This document shows, in pieces, positions 28,805 through 38,270 of a stretch of DNA of 42,720 nt. Under the pieces are notes generated by a model. It did not search any database. It saw only the letters and a list, made by a program, of their open reading frames with translations, and was not told where the DNA came from. The DNA comes from Theionarchaea archaeon (GTDB lineage Archaea; Methanobacteriota_B; Thermococci; Methanofastidiosales; SZ-28-30). Position 1 is the stretch's first letter. Every line of letters begins with the position of its first letter. The stretch is from assembly GCA_018992685.1 (NCBI GenBank), contig JACVGT010000005.1, positions 1-42,720 of the forward strand. The letters run 5' to 3'. The position numbers were made by a program, and so were the translations under genes.

Positions 28805-29365
28805 ATGAAGTGTGATGCTAGAAAAGTGGCTGGCGCTCTTCTCTTTTTCGGTGGGCTAGAATCCATAGTGCTCATGGTTGTTGCAGAGGCATTGTATCCG
28901 GGGTATAGTGTTGCTGAGAACTATATTAGTGATCTGGGAGTGGGAAGTACTGCCTTGATATTTAACACGTCCATGATTGTGCTGGGTGCAGTTGTTTTGG
29001 TTGGTGCTTATTTTCTTCATAAAGCTTTCAAGTTCACTGTATTTACTGTCTTTCTGGTGATAACTGGTGTGGGCGCTGCAGGCGTAGGGTTGTTCCCAGA
29101 GAACATGGGTCTCTTACACGGGATTTCTGCCCTTCTTACCTTCCTGTTTGGAGGGCTATCAGCTGTTCTGTCATACAGGCTGCAGAAGCCTCCACTTTCG
29201 TATTTCTCTCTTGTGCTGGGTGTAATCACGTTGGTGGCTCTTGTTTTCTTCATGGCTGAGATCTTCATTGGATTGGGTCCCGGAGGAATGGAACGGATGG
29301 TTGCCTACCCCGCCTTGTTATGGGGAACTGGCTTTGGAGGATTTCTGATGGGTTCTGCCGAATAA
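28805..29365 (+). CDS. DUF998-like membrane protein
   Basis: 'YPGYS....ISDLG', 'FN', 'GVGLFPE', 'LH', 'GGMERM..YP'. Confidence 0.75.
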   Translation: MKCDARKVAGALLFFGGLESIVLMVVAEALYPGYSVAENYISDLGVGSTALIFNTSMIVLGAVVLVGAYFLHKAFKFTVFTVFLVITGVGAAGVGLFPENMGLLHGISALLTFLFGGLSAVLSYRLQKPPLSYFSLVLGVITLVALVFFMAEIFIGLGPGGMERMVAYPALLWGTGFGGFLMGSAE

Positions 29366-29511
29366 TGATTTTTTTTCTTTTTTCTGTACCTTTTTGAGTG
29401 GTGACGTGTTGGTTTGAGGTGTGGAGGGGAATCCTGGATATTTCGCCTCAATGTTGTTAGTTCCTGTGAAAAGAACGAGATCTGTACATTCTGCTTCTGA
29501 CGGCTGGAGTA

Positions 29512-29526
29512 CGAAACCTTTATAAG
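29512..29526 (+). promoter_or_regulatory. BRE/TATA promoter of the 5S rRNA-tRNA-Asp unit
   Basis: CGAAACCTTTATAAG about 23 nt upstream of the 5S start. Confidence 0.7.
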
Positions 29527-29548
29527 CTTGAGAGGAGGGTGAATGAAT

Positions 29549-29666
29549 GGGTACGGCGGTCACAGCGGAAGGGCCACACCCGTTCTCATTCCGAACACGG
29601 AAGTTAAGCCTTCCAGCGATTCGGGCTGTACTGCCATAGGTGGGAACCCCGAGACGCTGCCGGCCC
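29549..29666 (+). rRNA. rrf: 5S rRNA
   Basis: 'GGTACGGCGGTCACAGCGG', 'CACCCGTTCTCATTCCGAACACGGAAGTTAAGCC', complementary ends (..GCTGCCGGCCC); Thermococcales-like. Confidence 0.95.
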
Positions 29667-29673
29667 TTTTTTT

Positions 29674-29748
29674 GCCCGGGTGGTGTAGACCGGACTATCA
29701 TACGGGACTGTCACTCCCGTGACTCGGGTTCAAATCCCGGCCCGGGCG
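29674..29748 (+). tRNA. tRNA-Asp (GTC), CCA not encoded, no intron
   Basis: Acceptor GCCCGGG/CCCGGGC, anticodon arm CGGGA-CTGTCAC-TCCCG (GTC at 29710-12), T-loop GGTTCAAATCC. Confidence 0.97.
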
Positions 29749-30046
29749 CATTCTCCGTGGCTTTGATGCTCTTCTCCCTTTTTATGGACTTTAATGTCAT
29801 GAAGCCTTTGCAGAAGGCTTTGATCGCTTGCAGAAAGCTTTACAATCCAAAAAATGTTATGATATATGGTATTCTCATATTTTTCTACGGAGAAATAGAG
29901 GATGAAATCCACCCTGATTTTTTGATTAAGAGAAATCATATTGTTTTGACAAGATTAACTTGTTATATCCAGTGGTTGGTTGGTTATCAGCAGTGTCGTC
30001 CAGTCCCCGAACGTGTCGACCACATCAACTACCGAAGGAAAATGGC

Positions 30047-30307
30047 TCAGGGCAGGGAATGTCTTCGTTGGATCAGAGAAGCTACCAGATACGCGTACTC
30101 TCTGTAAATGGGAGTGGGTTTCATCCTCAAAGAGGGACCCAGAAGACAGCCCTGTTCCTGCATCTCGTGCAGATACTTGGAGACCGTGTTCCTAGAGTGT
30201 CGTGTGTTCCGAGCTATCTCATAGAGAGGTATCAGTGGGTCCTGGTACACCTGCTCATAAATGCGGTGGCACCGCTGCAGCCTATTCAGAAAGGATGTCT
30301 CACTCAT
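30047..30307 (-). pseudogene. N-terminal fragment of an HTH (Lrp/AsnC-like winged-helix) regulator
   Basis: 'IYEQVYQDPLIPLYEIARNTRHSRNTVSKYLHEM' HTH; the ORF ends shortly after 'YREYAYLV'. Confidence 0.6.
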
Positions 30308-31000
30308 CAATTCCACCCATTAGAGCCAAATTTATCAGAGTCTCCCTCCATGCCTTCCAGGAAGAATAGGATCCTCCTGTCCACCACACATCCTCTGGTG
30401 AAGAGGTAAGATATTTGTTGATGAATGCTCCAATATTTCAGCAATTTTTCTGGTGTGAAGATTCCGCTCATTTTATGACTTTCTTGTGGATCTTTCTTTC
30501 CGTCGTGAGGACGGGGGTGAGAAACTGGGCACGGAGTGGTGAAGGGAGGTTCACAGCCCAGTTCCTCGAGGTAGTTCAAGCGGAAGCCTTTCCACCTGGA
30601 TCATGAGTTTGGTGGCGGTGATATCCTCTGTGTGAGCACCATACGAGGGATAGGAAGCGTGGTCTCAAAGGGAGCAATTCCGGGCTTCCATGAAGGATCG
30701 AACCCATTCTCTCAGTCCTTTCCGCTTCCACGTCACTGACTGTCATGATCACATGGTTGAGGCACTTGCTCTCCAGTTCATCGCGACAGTAGGTGCCAAT
30801 CAAGAGAAAAGTAGGTTATTTCGTTCACTGATAAGAAGCTCTCCTCATTAGGTCGTGCGATCTATCGCCAGTATCCAATACATTCCGTACACAATAGATT
30901 AATATACTTTAAGGCCGAAAAAATGTGACAGTACCCTATAAAAGGAAAGAAATCAAGAGGTGTGGGAGATCTGGGAAACAAGTCTAAGGAGGTAAAATCC

Positions 31001-31048
31001 ATGGAAATGGTAACTTGTTGCTGCTTTGGACCAGATCCCCACCTGTGA
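31001..31048 (+). CDS. 15-aa Cys-rich micro-peptide MEMVTCCCFGPDPHL
   Basis: Strong SD AAGGAGGT at 30986-30993 and a TATA-like CTATAAAA at ~30937-30944; absent from the ORF track. Confidence 0.45.
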   Translation: MEMVTCCCFGPDPHL

Positions 31049-31359
31049 CATCTAAATTCAGTGTTCTAGGAGCCAGAGCGATAACTATTCTCATACCAGT
31101 GTTTGCCGGCTCCCTCAAAGAGGAGAAAGATTCTCGAAATGAATCGCTCTTAGCTCGATTTCCTATACTTCACTATTTATTACACTAATATTTATGGTTT
31201 TCTATCAATTAAGTGCAAGAATCCCCATAAAAGAAGAGGAAAGAGATCTCATCCGGAAGGGCAACTTCTGGGGAGAACCCACGATGTTTTTTCTCCTAGT
31301 ACTCTTTCGTGAATTTATCCACCGTAAATCGAACATGAGAATTCTTGGAGTACTCCTGA

Positions 31360-32019
31360 CTAGTCAAGTTCCTTCCTCCAGTAGTATTCTTTTCTTGTTT
31401 GATTCTCCTTTCTTACGATTCCCCTCTTGACCAAGGCTTCCACCAGAAAGGGGTGCTGGATACCAGGAATGTCTTCAAGACGAGTTGTTACCCTTTCTAT
31501 CGGCTTTTTGGGTGTCCTTTCGTGACAGATCAGAGAGGTTGATGCCCTTTGAAAACAACAGGTGGTGGGTAGTTCAGAGAAGAGATCAATGATGAAATCT
31601 TCGTAATCCATTTCAAAGATATGTTGGTAAGGATCACAGGCATTGATTGTCTCAGGAAAATAGGAGGTGGCAATGGTACAGTACATGGGGAGCCTTTCGA
31701 GGAACTCAATGCCATATCCACCCCTTATGTGATACTTCTTCTTTACGAGGGGCTCCAGGGGACATTTCCCCATGGATTGTACCATCAATGTCAAGGTTCA
31801 TATCTGAGACCACCCAAACATTGCAGAGTCTTTCCAGGATCTTATGGTAGAGTACGTGATTGTCCTTGATGTATTCTCTGAACAGTCCGAGAGGATTGGA
31901 AGAATTAACCAGGTACACGTAGGTCTTGAAACTAGAGAATGACTTCTTCCTGATCTGGGGTCCCGCGATATATCCGTTTTCGACTGCCTCTCTTAGCCTT
32001 TCTCCAACACTTCTGAAGT
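31360..32019 (-). pseudogene. 5'-truncated, frameshifted regulator gene, probably the same HTH family as 30047-30307
   Basis: Frame 'DFRSVGERLREAVENGYIAGPQIRKKSFSSFKTYVYLV' parallels 'NTVSKYLHEMQEQGCLLGPSLRMKPTPIYREYAYLV', then shifts into the 31360-31794 frame. Its 5' end is lost at the methyltransferase stop. Confidence 0.6.
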
Positions 32020-32958
32020 CTATGAGCCACTTCCAATAGCTGCATCTAAGCTTTCTTGAGTAGTTAGAGGCTTGTATTCTCCGCTGATGGCCCCCGCTCC
32101 AGGTTCATATCTGTATTGTTCGAAGACATCAAGGATAGTTCTGCTTATATTCCCCGATTCAAACTTTCCATGCTCCGAGAGTCTCCTGATTATTGGGGTG
32201 CAATCTCCGATTTCTGAGCCTATCCAATGTCTATGGTTTAGCTCGGCCTGGATATAGGTGGACCCGCCACCGCCAAAAGGATCCAAGACTATGTCGTGGT
32301 GAGAAGTCGACATTAGAATTGCTCTTTCTGGTATGATTGGCTTGAGTTCATTTGCCGATCTCTTCTTGAACTTCCTGTGTCTTACTGGAGAAGTGTCGTC
32401 CCAGAAATCAGTAAGATTCAGTCCTTTTGGATTTAGCTTGTCTCTGTGCCCTCCATAATCTCTTATTTCACCACCACAATGACGGCAGGTTGGTATTGGG
32501 GTCCTTAGTTTGTTGAAAGTCTTGGGTTCACCCTTTGTGTAGTACAAAAGACCGTAATGTGCAGGATACAGCTTCTTGCCTCTGGGAAACGTATTCTTCA
32601 TGCAAATGGCAATCCAGTGACGGAAGTCCAGGTACTGGTCCAAATAAGCACCGAATTGCACACACCACCTTGGAATATTATAAATGAACAAGCTTCCACC
32701 AAGTTTGAGAACTCTTATACACTCGTCCATCCAAGAGTATGCCCATTCCAGATACTCTTTGTCATTCATTGAATCATCAAATCTTTTCGTGTTGTAATTC
32801 TTCTTTAGATTGAAAGGTGGATCACAGAAAATCATGTCAATAGAAGAATTTCGAATAGTTGAAAGAAGATCCATACAGTCGCAGTTAAAAAGAACTCCCA
32901 GTCTCGAGACACATGCCGCACTCATGAAATCCTTCCCATTTGCACTCACTGAGATCAT
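32020..32958 (-). CDS. beta-class amino-methyltransferase, M.BamHI-like (probably N4-methylcytosine)
   Basis: Motif IV 'DPPF' before motif I 'VLDPFGGGGST'; 'CRHCGGEIRDYGG..KLNPKG' as recalled for M.BamHI. Start refined to ATG 32958 behind TTTTAAA. Confidence 0.88.
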   Translation of the reverse strand: MISVSANGKDFMSAACVSRLGVLFNCDCMDLLSTIRNSSIDMIFCDPPFNLKKNYNTKRFDDSMNDKEYLEWAYSWMDECIRVLKLGGSLFIYNIPRWCVQFGAYLDQYLDFRHWIAICMKNTFPRGKKLYPAHYGLLYYTKGEPKTFNKLRTPIPTCRHCGGEIRDYGGHRDKLNPKGLNLTDFWDDTSPVRHRKFKKRSANELKPIIPERAILMSTSHHDIVLDPFGGGGSTYIQAELNHRHWIGSEIGDCTPIIRRLSEHGKFESGNISRTILDVFEQYRYEPGAGAISGEYKPLTTQESLDAAIGSGS

Positions 32959-33107
32959 GCATGTTCCTTGTCCCTGACCTTTAAAAGCTTGATGCTTTGT
33001 CTCTCTACCAACTCTCCAAGATTGTGAGCGAATAAGAACGGAGCCACTATTCATTTACTCTTGTAGAGGTAAAACAGTAAAGTTCCCAATATCAACCATA
33101 ATCTTTG

Positions 33108-33383
33108 TTATTCCCCTTGAATTCCTAATACAGCAGTGGAAATTTCCCTTCCTGTTTCTGTTAGGTCATATAGCCTACCTTTTCGAGCCTTTGGATTAAG
33201 ACACTCTACAAGATCTTGATCTCTTAGCCCTTTCAAGACATTGCTTACATGACCGATTCCAATCCCACAGATCTGGGACAATTGCTTTGGTGTCAAGGGG
33301 CTGTCTTTCAAGGCTAGAATGATCTTTCTTCGATAGATGCTTGCTAGCACATAGCCAATGCTTTTCCAGTCTTCTTCGTCCAT
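33108..33383 (-). CDS. archaeal winged-helix (ArsR/MarR-like) regulator; putative RM controller
   Basis: 'SIYRRKIILALKDSPLTPKQLS', 'HVSNVLKGLRDQDLVECLNP..RKGRLYDLTETG'; lies between the M and R genes. Confidence 0.8.
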   Translation of the reverse strand: MDEEDWKSIGYVLASIYRRKIILALKDSPLTPKQLSQICGIGIGHVSNVLKGLRDQDLVECLNPKARKGRLYDLTETGREISTAVLGIQGE

Positions 33384-33427
33384 TAGGCCACAATAGTAAT
33401 ATCATATTAAATATATAAACACACTTT

Positions 33428-33444
33428 ACACTCTTGAAGAGTGT
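33428..33444. promoter_or_regulatory. perfect inverted repeat ACACTCTT-G-AAGAGTGT (candidate controller operator)
   Basis: Lies in the divergent wHTH/endonuclease intergenic region next to AT-rich TATA elements; an 11/12 copy lies at 33057-33068. Confidence 0.55.
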
Positions 33445-33502
33445 CTGAATGGTAACTAACTTTTTATTTCTTTGTTTTTTTTCTATAGCTAGGGAGATTC
33501 TC

Positions 33503-34111
33503 TTGAAATATGTCAAGTTGAAAATACTGTTCTCATCAGACTCATTCATAGAATCAGAAGAATGGAAAATGATACATGGGCAACTGCAGAAAGCAATAGA
33601 ATCGGTCAAGTGGCCTCCTGGATCTGACAAATTTCTACTATATCCTGAATCTGGGAAGAAGAGAGGGATGGGGAATGGAGTCAGACCAATCAAGAGAGCT
33701 TTTATTAGAACACTAGGCAATTTTGGGTGGAATGTTGAAGAGAAGATTCAAATAACTAATAACAAGAGATGGGGAAAAGTCGACGTTTCAAGGAAATTGG
33801 ATAGCAAGTGGTTCGTGGTGGAATGGGAAACTGGTAATATCTCGTCTAGCCATCGGGCCCTTGAAAAAATGGCACTAGGAATGCTAACAAACGTATTTCT
33901 AGGAGGTATTCTTGTTGTGCCAACACGGGAAATGTACAATTATCTGACCGATAGAGTTGGCAACTTTGAAGAACTTGAACCTTATTTTCCCCTTTATATG
34001 AGTTTAAATTTCAAGGATGGTCTTTTTGGAATAATCGCGGTCGAACATGATGGATTAAGCGAAGATACCCCGAGAATACCAAAGGGAACAGATGGCAGAG
34101 CTCTGGTATGA
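33503..34111 (+). CDS. type II restriction endonuclease, BamHI family
   Basis: 'NGVRPIK', catalytic 'VDV...VEWETGNISSSHR', 'YLTDRVGNFEELEPYF', 'IPKGTDG' match BamHI motifs. TTG 33503 follows SD AGGGAG. Confidence 0.88.
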   Translation: MKYVKLKILFSSDSFIESEEWKMIHGQLQKAIESVKWPPGSDKFLLYPESGKKRGMGNGVRPIKRAFIRTLGNFGWNVEEKIQITNNKRWGKVDVSRKLDSKWFVVEWETGNISSSHRALEKMALGMLTNVFLGGILVVPTREMYNYLTDRVGNFEELEPYFPLYMSLNFKDGLFGIIAVEHDGLSEDTPRIPKGTDGRALV

Positions 34112-34768
34112 ATCAGGATGTTTCACTACCAAATCAATTCTATTCCTGCTTAGAATCTCATATATTGTCAGTATATGGATACCGGAGGTTTATATGGACT
34201 AAATATAAAATAAATCTTGGAAATTATACCCTTCAGCGTTGGAGATACAGTCTACTATCGTGTATTTAAGTGTGCGAGTTTGCTGTGCAATGCAGCCAAT
34301 GACAGAGGGATAATGTTTTCACTGGGAAAGGTGGCACGAAAATGGAGATGAGAATGAAAACACTATTGGTCGCTTGTTTCTTCTATCTGATATGCTTCAT
34401 TCAATGAGTAATTGTGTTTTTATCTCAATAATAGCACTCTTGTTACCAATATTCTATAAACTGGTTTCTGACGGCATTCGAATCTCTTCCACATTAAGAT
34501 TCTATTTGTTGTTCTTACTCTACTAACGATATTCTCCAAAGTAGGGCAGAACTACTACAAGAAGCTGAATACCTATATGTGCATAATGATGGCTAAGAAT
34601 ACTGAAAGACTAAGATCATTTATCAAAAAGACAATTATAGGCATGACTGAGGCATTTTCGGATACCGATGATGATAAGAAGTGCATTAAAATCCATGAGG
34701 ATGGTAAGTATGATGAAATTATCCATTCTACGAGCAATTTGCTTGATTACTCGGAAACGGTGTAGAGA

Positions 34769-35476
34769 ATGAAAACTGCAATTGTTCTAATGGGGGGAAA
34801 AGGAGAAAGACTCAGGCCGATCACAGACAAAATACCTAAACCCTTGGTGGAGGTATGTGACAAGCCCATCTTATTTTGGGTACTAAAGTGGTTGGCTTTG
34901 AACAAGATTGAAAATTTGATAGCTGGAGTTTCATATAAGAAAGAGAAGTTAGAGAGATATCTAAATGAAGAATGTCTGCATGAAATGAATATCTGTATAA
35001 GCGAACACTTGGTAAGCGATGGAACAGCAACTGCTACTAGGAAAGCCATTGAAAACTGTGACGTGTTAGATGAAGATTTTCTTCTTGTTTATTGTGACAC
35101 AATTACCAATATTCCGTTGAATGACCTCTATTTGTTCCATCTAAGAGAAAAAAAGATCATGAATATGGTTATTCTCCCTCTGAGATGTAATTTTGGCATT
35201 GTGAAGGTAAAGAATAGAAGAGTTTCGTCATTTATTGAGAAACCAGTGATTAGCTCAGTTCTAACTAATGCAGGTATATATGTTTTCAACAAGAAAATCA
35301 TTCAGTTCTTAACAGATGGAAATCTTGAAAATTCCGTATTTCCTAATCTTGCAACCAAAGGAATGATTGCTGCATATAAGTACAACGGGTTCTGGAGAAC
35401 CATAAATACTCAGAAAGATAAACTGATCTTTGAATCTGAGTTCGAAAATAAAGATCTCGAAGACTTGCTGACCTGA
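34769..35476 (+). CDS. sugar-phosphate nucleotidyltransferase family protein
   Basis: 'LMGGKGERLRPIT..IPKPLV', 'FIEKP', 'NAGIYVF', 'FWRTINT'. Confidence 0.88.
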   Translation: MKTAIVLMGGKGERLRPITDKIPKPLVEVCDKPILFWVLKWLALNKIENLIAGVSYKKEKLERYLNEECLHEMNICISEHLVSDGTATATRKAIENCDVLDEDFLLVYCDTITNIPLNDLYLFHLREKKIMNMVILPLRCNFGIVKVKNRRVSSFIEKPVISSVLTNAGIYVFNKKIIQFLTDGNLENSVFPNLATKGMIAAYKYNGFWRTINTQKDKLIFESEFENKDLEDLLT

Positions 35477-35836
35477 ATTGGCCGCTGACTTTATGGCAAG
35501 TATATTCTTATTCATCTCTTCCCCATGATAAGTCTCTAGTTTTGATTCGGGACATAATAGTGTCTGCACTTACCAAATTGATCCAGTACTGTGATGCGAT
35601 GGAAGATTATTATTCTTATGCAGCAGGTGGTGACACCGCTGGTGGCGGTATTTCTTATCTCCGACATGTCAAGAATCCGTGGGAATATGCAGCATAGGGT
35701 CTTGTTGCAGCAATATGCATTCTGGAAACTGCGAAGTATGACTCGTGGGGGAGACAATCTCACCAGTTTCCTCCTGGCTTGGCTGCAAAGATTTAAGATA
35801 CCAAGTACAACATAATCAACATAAGTAGGTGAAAAC

Positions 35837-36466
35837 GTGGTCAATGAAAGAAAACCCAGTAAGAAGGGGAATCTCGTCATAACAATCTATGCAGTCTTCC
35901 TGCTCCTACTGTACTTATATGTTTTCCTAGAAGGCCCTTGCCTGACCTGTGTGGGGACACTTTTCTTTGTAGGCTTCCAAGTTCCATTGATGATAGCTGC
36001 TTTCTTGTTCGGCAGCAGAGAGAGGAGGGACAGATGCATTTTTTACATTCTGGTCATAGCCTTTACGTGCTTCATGATCAGAATCATAGACAACGGCTGC
36101 ATGATATTCGAGCGTAGCACCCTCTTTACTCATTTCTTTTCCCTCTTTTTCTTGGTGGTACTCTTGGCTTTCGTGATTTTATCTATTAAACACTGGAAAT
36201 ACATGCGCAGGGAGCCATTTGAGACATTCAGTAGTGAGGAGTACTTTAGAATTGGTCTTGACGCAATTCCATGGTCGAATATCAGAAAAATGTCGGTGAG
36301 AAAGAGCGAATTGGGAAATCCCTACGTTGTTGTCTATCTGAAGAATGACGAGCCCCCACGGAGCTTTGATATTGGATATTTTGGAGACAAGGAAACCTTT
36401 CTCAATCATCTCAAAGAAAAGGCAGCAAAAAAAGGATATGAGTATGTGGAAGAAGTCATGACTTGA
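35837..36466 (+). CDS. hypothetical membrane protein (4 TM + soluble PH-like C-terminal domain)
   Basis: SD AGGTGA before GTG; four hydrophobic helices, then 'IPWSNIRKM'. Confidence 0.6.
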   Translation: MVNERKPSKKGNLVITIYAVFLLLLYLYVFLEGPCLTCVGTLFFVGFQVPLMIAAFLFGSRERRDRCIFYILVIAFTCFMIRIIDNGCMIFERSTLFTHFFSLFFLVVLLAFVILSIKHWKYMRREPFETFSSEEYFRIGLDAIPWSNIRKMSVRKSELGNPYVVVYLKNDEPPRSFDIGYFGDKETFLNHLKEKAAKKGYEYVEEVMT

Positions 36467-36609
36467 GCAGTTCCCCCGAAATCGAAGGATAGAGAGCAAT
36501 ATGAAATCACTCATCTGTCTTCTTGACGCAATAGAAGATTCGACTTAGCAAAACGAACAGGTGATATTATTCATCCAGGCAAACAAATCACTTAGGAGGT
36601 AAGAAAAAG

Positions 36610-36900
36610 ATGGAATCAGAGGAGGAGTTCAAAAGAAAAAAGAAGATCAGGACAGTGGTGGTAGGCACACTACTCCTAGTAGTCTATTCTGTGGTTTTCA
36701 ACGTTTATATCGGCTTCTTCATGAGTTGCGGAGGAATACTTGTTTTCGCAGTCCTAATCATCGTTCTCTTCGTGTTCTTCCATTTTCTCTTCGAAGATTT
36801 CAGAAAGTCTGATGGAAAATATGTCTACTATCCTTGTTTACTCTATGCCATTCTCATGCTAATTTGGATGGTGTATAATACCCTGTCTCGTTGCGGCTGA
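36610..36900 (+). CDS. hypothetical small 3-TM membrane protein
   Basis: SD GGAGGT at 36595-36600; basic N-terminus followed by three hydrophobic helices. Confidence 0.6.
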   Translation: MESEEEFKRKKKIRTVVVGTLLLVVYSVVFNVYIGFFMSCGGILVFAVLIIVLFVFFHFLFEDFRKSDGKYVYYPCLLYAILMLIWMVYNTLSRCG

Positions 36901-37104
36901 GATAGGGTTTTTTCTTCGTTCATCTTCCTCTTTATCTCTGCCTTCTTGGCAATTCATGAGAACTTAGTTCAAACAAAGGGTACTTCAAAAACCTAAATGC
37001 CCACATAGATACATTTATATAAGCGCCTACGCTTAGGAGAGGTAGTACTATAAGAAATGCTGGATGTGTTTTAATCCAGGGAGTTAGAAGAAAAGGAGGA
37101 TACG

Positions 37105-37974
37105 ATGATGAGTAAATCCTTTAATGATATCTACAAGAATGTTCCTTCAGACCAGAAAGATCGATTACAAACATTTCGCTCAACTCATCCATACACAACC
37201 TTTGATAAGGCGGACGTCACCTGGGAATATATTTCATGTGGAAAAGGAGAGGAAACCCTGGTACTCCTTCCCGGTGGTATTCGTTTCGCTGAAACATGGT
37301 TTCAACTTATTGAAATCTTTGAAAATGAATATACGATCATATCACCCACATACCCACCTTTACCCACGATGGCAGACATAACAGAAGGGATTTCTTACAT
37401 ACTTACCTCAGAATCCACGAAGAAGGTTCACCTCCTTGGAACATCATTTGGAGGATGGGTTGCTCAATGTTTTGTACACGATTATCCTGACAAAGTCCAA
37501 TCACTCATACTGTCACACACGTCAGGACCTTCAGGAATTTCTAAGAATCTCATCAAAATTGGGCAGGTTGTAACAGACTTATACCCCCTTCGGCTGCTAC
37601 GGATCACCTTCAAACAGAGATTAATGAACCTCTTATCAATGCCGGATTCAGACCGTCAGTTCTGGGAAGCTTTTCTAACAGAAGTATCTTTTCGCATGAC
37701 GAAAGACGATATTAAAGCTCAGCAGGCATGTACGGTTGACTTTGTGACAAATTATACAATCTCACAGGATGGTTCGGCCACGTGGCCTGGGCGAATTCTC
37801 ATCATAGAATCTGATGATGACCCCGCATTTAAGGAACCCGTGCGAGAGAACCTAAAAAACCTCTATCCACAAGCACAGGTTCACACATTTCACAAGACTG
37901 GACACACTTCTGGATATACGAACCCACAGGAATATGCAGTGGTTATTAGGAACTTTCTGAATGAATTAGGCTGA
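37105..37974 (+). CDS. alpha/beta fold hydrolase
   Basis: 'LLPGG', nucleophile 'GTSFGG', 'DDP', 'TGH'; SD AGGAGG. Confidence 0.88.
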   Translation: MMSKSFNDIYKNVPSDQKDRLQTFRSTHPYTTFDKADVTWEYISCGKGEETLVLLPGGIRFAETWFQLIEIFENEYTIISPTYPPLPTMADITEGISYILTSESTKKVHLLGTSFGGWVAQCFVHDYPDKVQSLILSHTSGPSGISKNLIKIGQVVTDLYPLRLLRITFKQRLMNLLSMPDSDRQFWEAFLTEVSFRMTKDDIKAQQACTVDFVTNYTISQDGSATWPGRILIIESDDDPAFKEPVRENLKNLYPQAQVHTFHKTGHTSGYTNPQEYAVVIRNFLNELG

Positions 37975-38270
37975 ACAGGTTATATGTGAACTTGTCAATC
38001 ATTCTTCCTTCCAGCATCTCTCTTGCCGAATTCATTTGTATGAGGAATAGTCATCAGGAGATACTCCTTTTAAGAGGATCTACAGCATCCTCAACTCAAC
38101 CATGCGAAAGACAGACCACGTCATTGAACCTTTGAATGAGTCCGTTTGATTTGTCATGTAACCTGCTGGGAGTTGTATATAGAGGGTACCGGCAAGATCA
38201 GAGGGGATAATCCCAAACCTTTTTATATTATTTTCTCTAGATTCTCTTCAAAGTTAGAGGAGGTGAATCC

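Noticed and set aside
29318-30107. ORFs 29318..29701 (-) and 29640..30107 (+)
   Set aside because: They overlap the 5S rRNA and tRNA-Asp genes and lack protein-like features.
30307-30803. Short minus-strand ORFs that may be pieces of one decayed gene
   Set aside because: No family could be assigned from the sequence alone.
34577-34765. 62-aa ORF upstream of the nucleotidyltransferase, faintly like a HAD C-terminus
   Set aside because: Similarity too weak to call; possibly a remnant.
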